Assembly (NCBI RefSeq): GCF_039654945.1
Contig: NW_027361824.1
Coordinates: forward strand, 12,772,001 to 12,836,000
Length of the DNA: 64,000 nt
Source: Dendrobates tinctorius
Taxonomy: Eukaryota
Direction: 5' to 3'
Both the position numbers and the translations under genes were made by a program. Positions 61,721 through 64,000 of this stretch are shown here, piece by piece (the stretch's first letter is position 1; every line of letters starts with the position of its first letter). The notes under the pieces were generated by a model that had not been told where the DNA came from, searched no databases, and saw nothing but the letters and a program-made list of their open reading frames with translations.

Positions 61721-63060
61721 AGGGTCCGGTCTGGGGTCTGTATTTATCTGCAAGGTCCGGTCTTCAGTCTGTATTTATCTGCAGGGTCCGGTCTGGGGTC
61801 TGTATTTATCTGCAGGGTCTGGTCTGGGGTCTGTATTTATCTGCAGGGTCCAGTCTGGGGTCTGTATTTATCTGTGGGGTCTGGTCTGGGGTCTGTATTT
61901 ATCTGCAGGGTCCAGTCTGGGGTCTGTATTTATCTGCGGGGTCCGGTCTGGGGTCTGTATTTATCTGCGTGGTTCGGTCTGGGGTCTGTATTTATCTGCG
62001 GGGTCCGGTCTGGGGTCTGTATTTATCTGCGGGGTCCGGTCTGGGGTCTGTATTTATCTGTGGGGTCCGGTCCGAGGTCTGTATTTATCTGCAGGGTCCG
62101 GTCTGGGGTCTGTATTTATCTGCAGGGTCCGGTCTGGTGTCTGTATTTATCTGCAGGGTCCAGTCCGAGGTCTGTATTTATCTGCAGGGTCCGGTCCGAG
62201 GTCTGTATTTATCTGCGGGGTCCGGTCCGAGGTCTGTATTTATCTGCAGGGTCCGGTCCGAGGTCTGTATTTATCTGCAGGGTCCGGTCTGGGGTCTGTA
62301 TTTATCTGCAGGGTCCGGTCTGGGGTCTGTATTTATCTGCGTGGTTCGGTCTGGGGTCTGTATTTATCTGCGGGGTCCGGTCTGGGGTCTGTATTTATCT
62401 GCAGGGTCCGGTCTGGGGTCTGTATTTATCTGCAGGGTCCGGTCTGGGGTCTGTATTTATCTGCGGGGTCCGGTCTGGGGTCTGTATTTATCTGCAGGGT
62501 CCGGTCTGGGGTCTGTATTTATCTGCAGGGTCCGGTCTGGGGTCTGTATTTATCTGCAGGGTCCAGTCTGGGGTCTGTATTTATCTGCAGGGTCCGGTCC
62601 GAGGTCTGTATTTATCTGCAGGGTCCGGTCCGAGGTCTGTATTTATCTGCGGGGTCCGGTCTGGGGTCTGTATTTATCTGTGGGGTCCGGTCTGGGGTCT
62701 GTATTTCTTTACGGGGTCCGGTCTGGGGTCTGTATTTATCTGCAGGGTCCGGTCTGGTGTCTGTATTTATCTGCGGGGTCCGGTCCGAGGTCTGTATTTA
62801 TCTGCAGGGTCCAGTCCGAGGTCTGTATTTATCTGCGGGGTCCGGTCTGGGGTCTGTATTTATCTGTGGGGTCCGGTCTGGGGTCTGTATTTCTTTACGG
62901 GGTCCGGTCTGGGGTCTGTATTTATCTGCAGGGTCCGGTCTGGTGTCTGTATTTATCTGCGGGGTCCGGTCTGAGGTCTGTATTTATCTGCAGGGTCCGG
63001 TCCGAGGTCTGTATTTATCTGCAGGGTCCAGGCTGGGGTCTGTATTTATGTGCAGGGTCC
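61721..63060. repeat. 31-bp minisatellite (GGGTCCGGTCTGGGGTCTGTATTTATCTGCA)
   Basis: About 43 copies; the unit is stop-free, giving three overlapping spurious ORFs. Confidence 0.96.
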
Positions 63061-64000
63061 TGGGTCACCCTCACACCCAGGGCTGTGGGGCACTCGGTAC
63101 CAGGCCCGATGAGCTTCAATGGGAGATGTCACGGCAGCTGGGACCCGGCCCGTGGCCCTGGGCGCCCATTGTTAAAGGGGTTGTTTCAGTGTGCTGATGG
63201 TAGTGAAAGTTTATAAGTGATTCGTGACTCCACCTGTGGTGTTCGGCAATAGGGATGTAAGCCGACGCTGCAGACAGATCCTCTGGGACAGATGGTGTGG
63301 TGCAGCAGTGATGTTATAGCCCTCCACAGGCAGGGCTGTAGTCCCAGGGCAGTGTAGGTGAAGTGACACTTAGATGATGTAGTGTCAGGCGCAATGGATG
63401 TAGCGGTGCTGGGCAGGTTGGCGCAGAAATAAGTGGAGGACACGAGGGCATGTAGTTCCAAAGCTTTACTCACAGTCTGTTGTGCAAACAGGTGCCCGCT
63501 TCCTCCGGGTCAGGGACTCAGTCAACTTCCAGGCCAGATGGAATACTCCCTTCCAACACTCCTCCAACATATGTGCCTTTTCTGAACGTCTCCTCTTATA
63601 GTGCCTTTGAGTGAAGTACTCTCAGTACTGAGTTACACTGGAGTTCCTCCTGTCAGATGTTCCTATGAACTCTACTTGTACGGCAGACAGCTGTAGCCTG
63701 CTTCGCGGACTCCTTGCTATTAAGTCCCGGCTCACTAATATGTTGCTGTTGTGACCCCAAGTCTTGTGTGGGAATAAAGTGGTCACTACTTCTATTCCTC
63801 CGGTGTCTGCTGCAGGACCATTAGTATCCATACAACCTCGGGGACCGGACCCCGGCCTTGTGCTTAGAACTTGAAAAGGGTTCTCCTCTAACCCTGGTCC
63901 TTGTTCTCTTATTCTCCTCACGTTCCGTGCTAATCCTTCTTTCCAATGGAGAATCAAGCTTCCTTCCTCTGTCTCTTTCCGGTGCCAGCAGACCCAGATC

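Noticed and set aside
59480-64000. Possible LTR/Gypsy remnants at 59500-60040, 60440-61370 and 63060-64000
   Set aside because: No paired LTRs, primer-binding site or recognisable RT/integrase motifs could be verified by eye.

Overview
Eukaryotic (vertebrate, very probably frog) genomic DNA. It holds two convergent host genes. RPS3 (+ strand) has 7 exons, CDS join 15753-15782, 23329-23459, 23908-24001, 24415-24509, 26097-26284, 26549-26754 (247 aa), a TOP/ETS/YY1 promoter and three intronic SNORD15/U15 snoRNAs. SERPINH1/HSP47 (- strand) has CDS 44490-43866, 43771-43673, 43590-43358, 42618-42316 (419 aa, ends RDEL) and a TATA plus heat-shock-element promoter. The rest is repeats: a >15.4-kb 33-bp satellite abutting the RPS3 promoter, about ten further minisatellites, Tc1 transposons, a decayed DIRS1 retrotransposon, a TTAA-flanked piggyBac-like non-autonomous element, palindromic MITEs and a near-intact CR1 LINE. 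The giant ORFs in the track are artefacts of tandem repeats. Best leads: a U_UUA_AAC -1 frameshift-type junction between CR1 ORF1 and ORF2; divergence of the dual-guide U15 paralogues and their external stems; a 7x AP-1 minisatellite in an HSP47 intron; a CTCF-motif cluster between the genes; and a stop-free, poly(A)-signal-terminated RPS3 intron 3. The anuran assignment is inferred from the repeat types and protein sequences, not from a database search.
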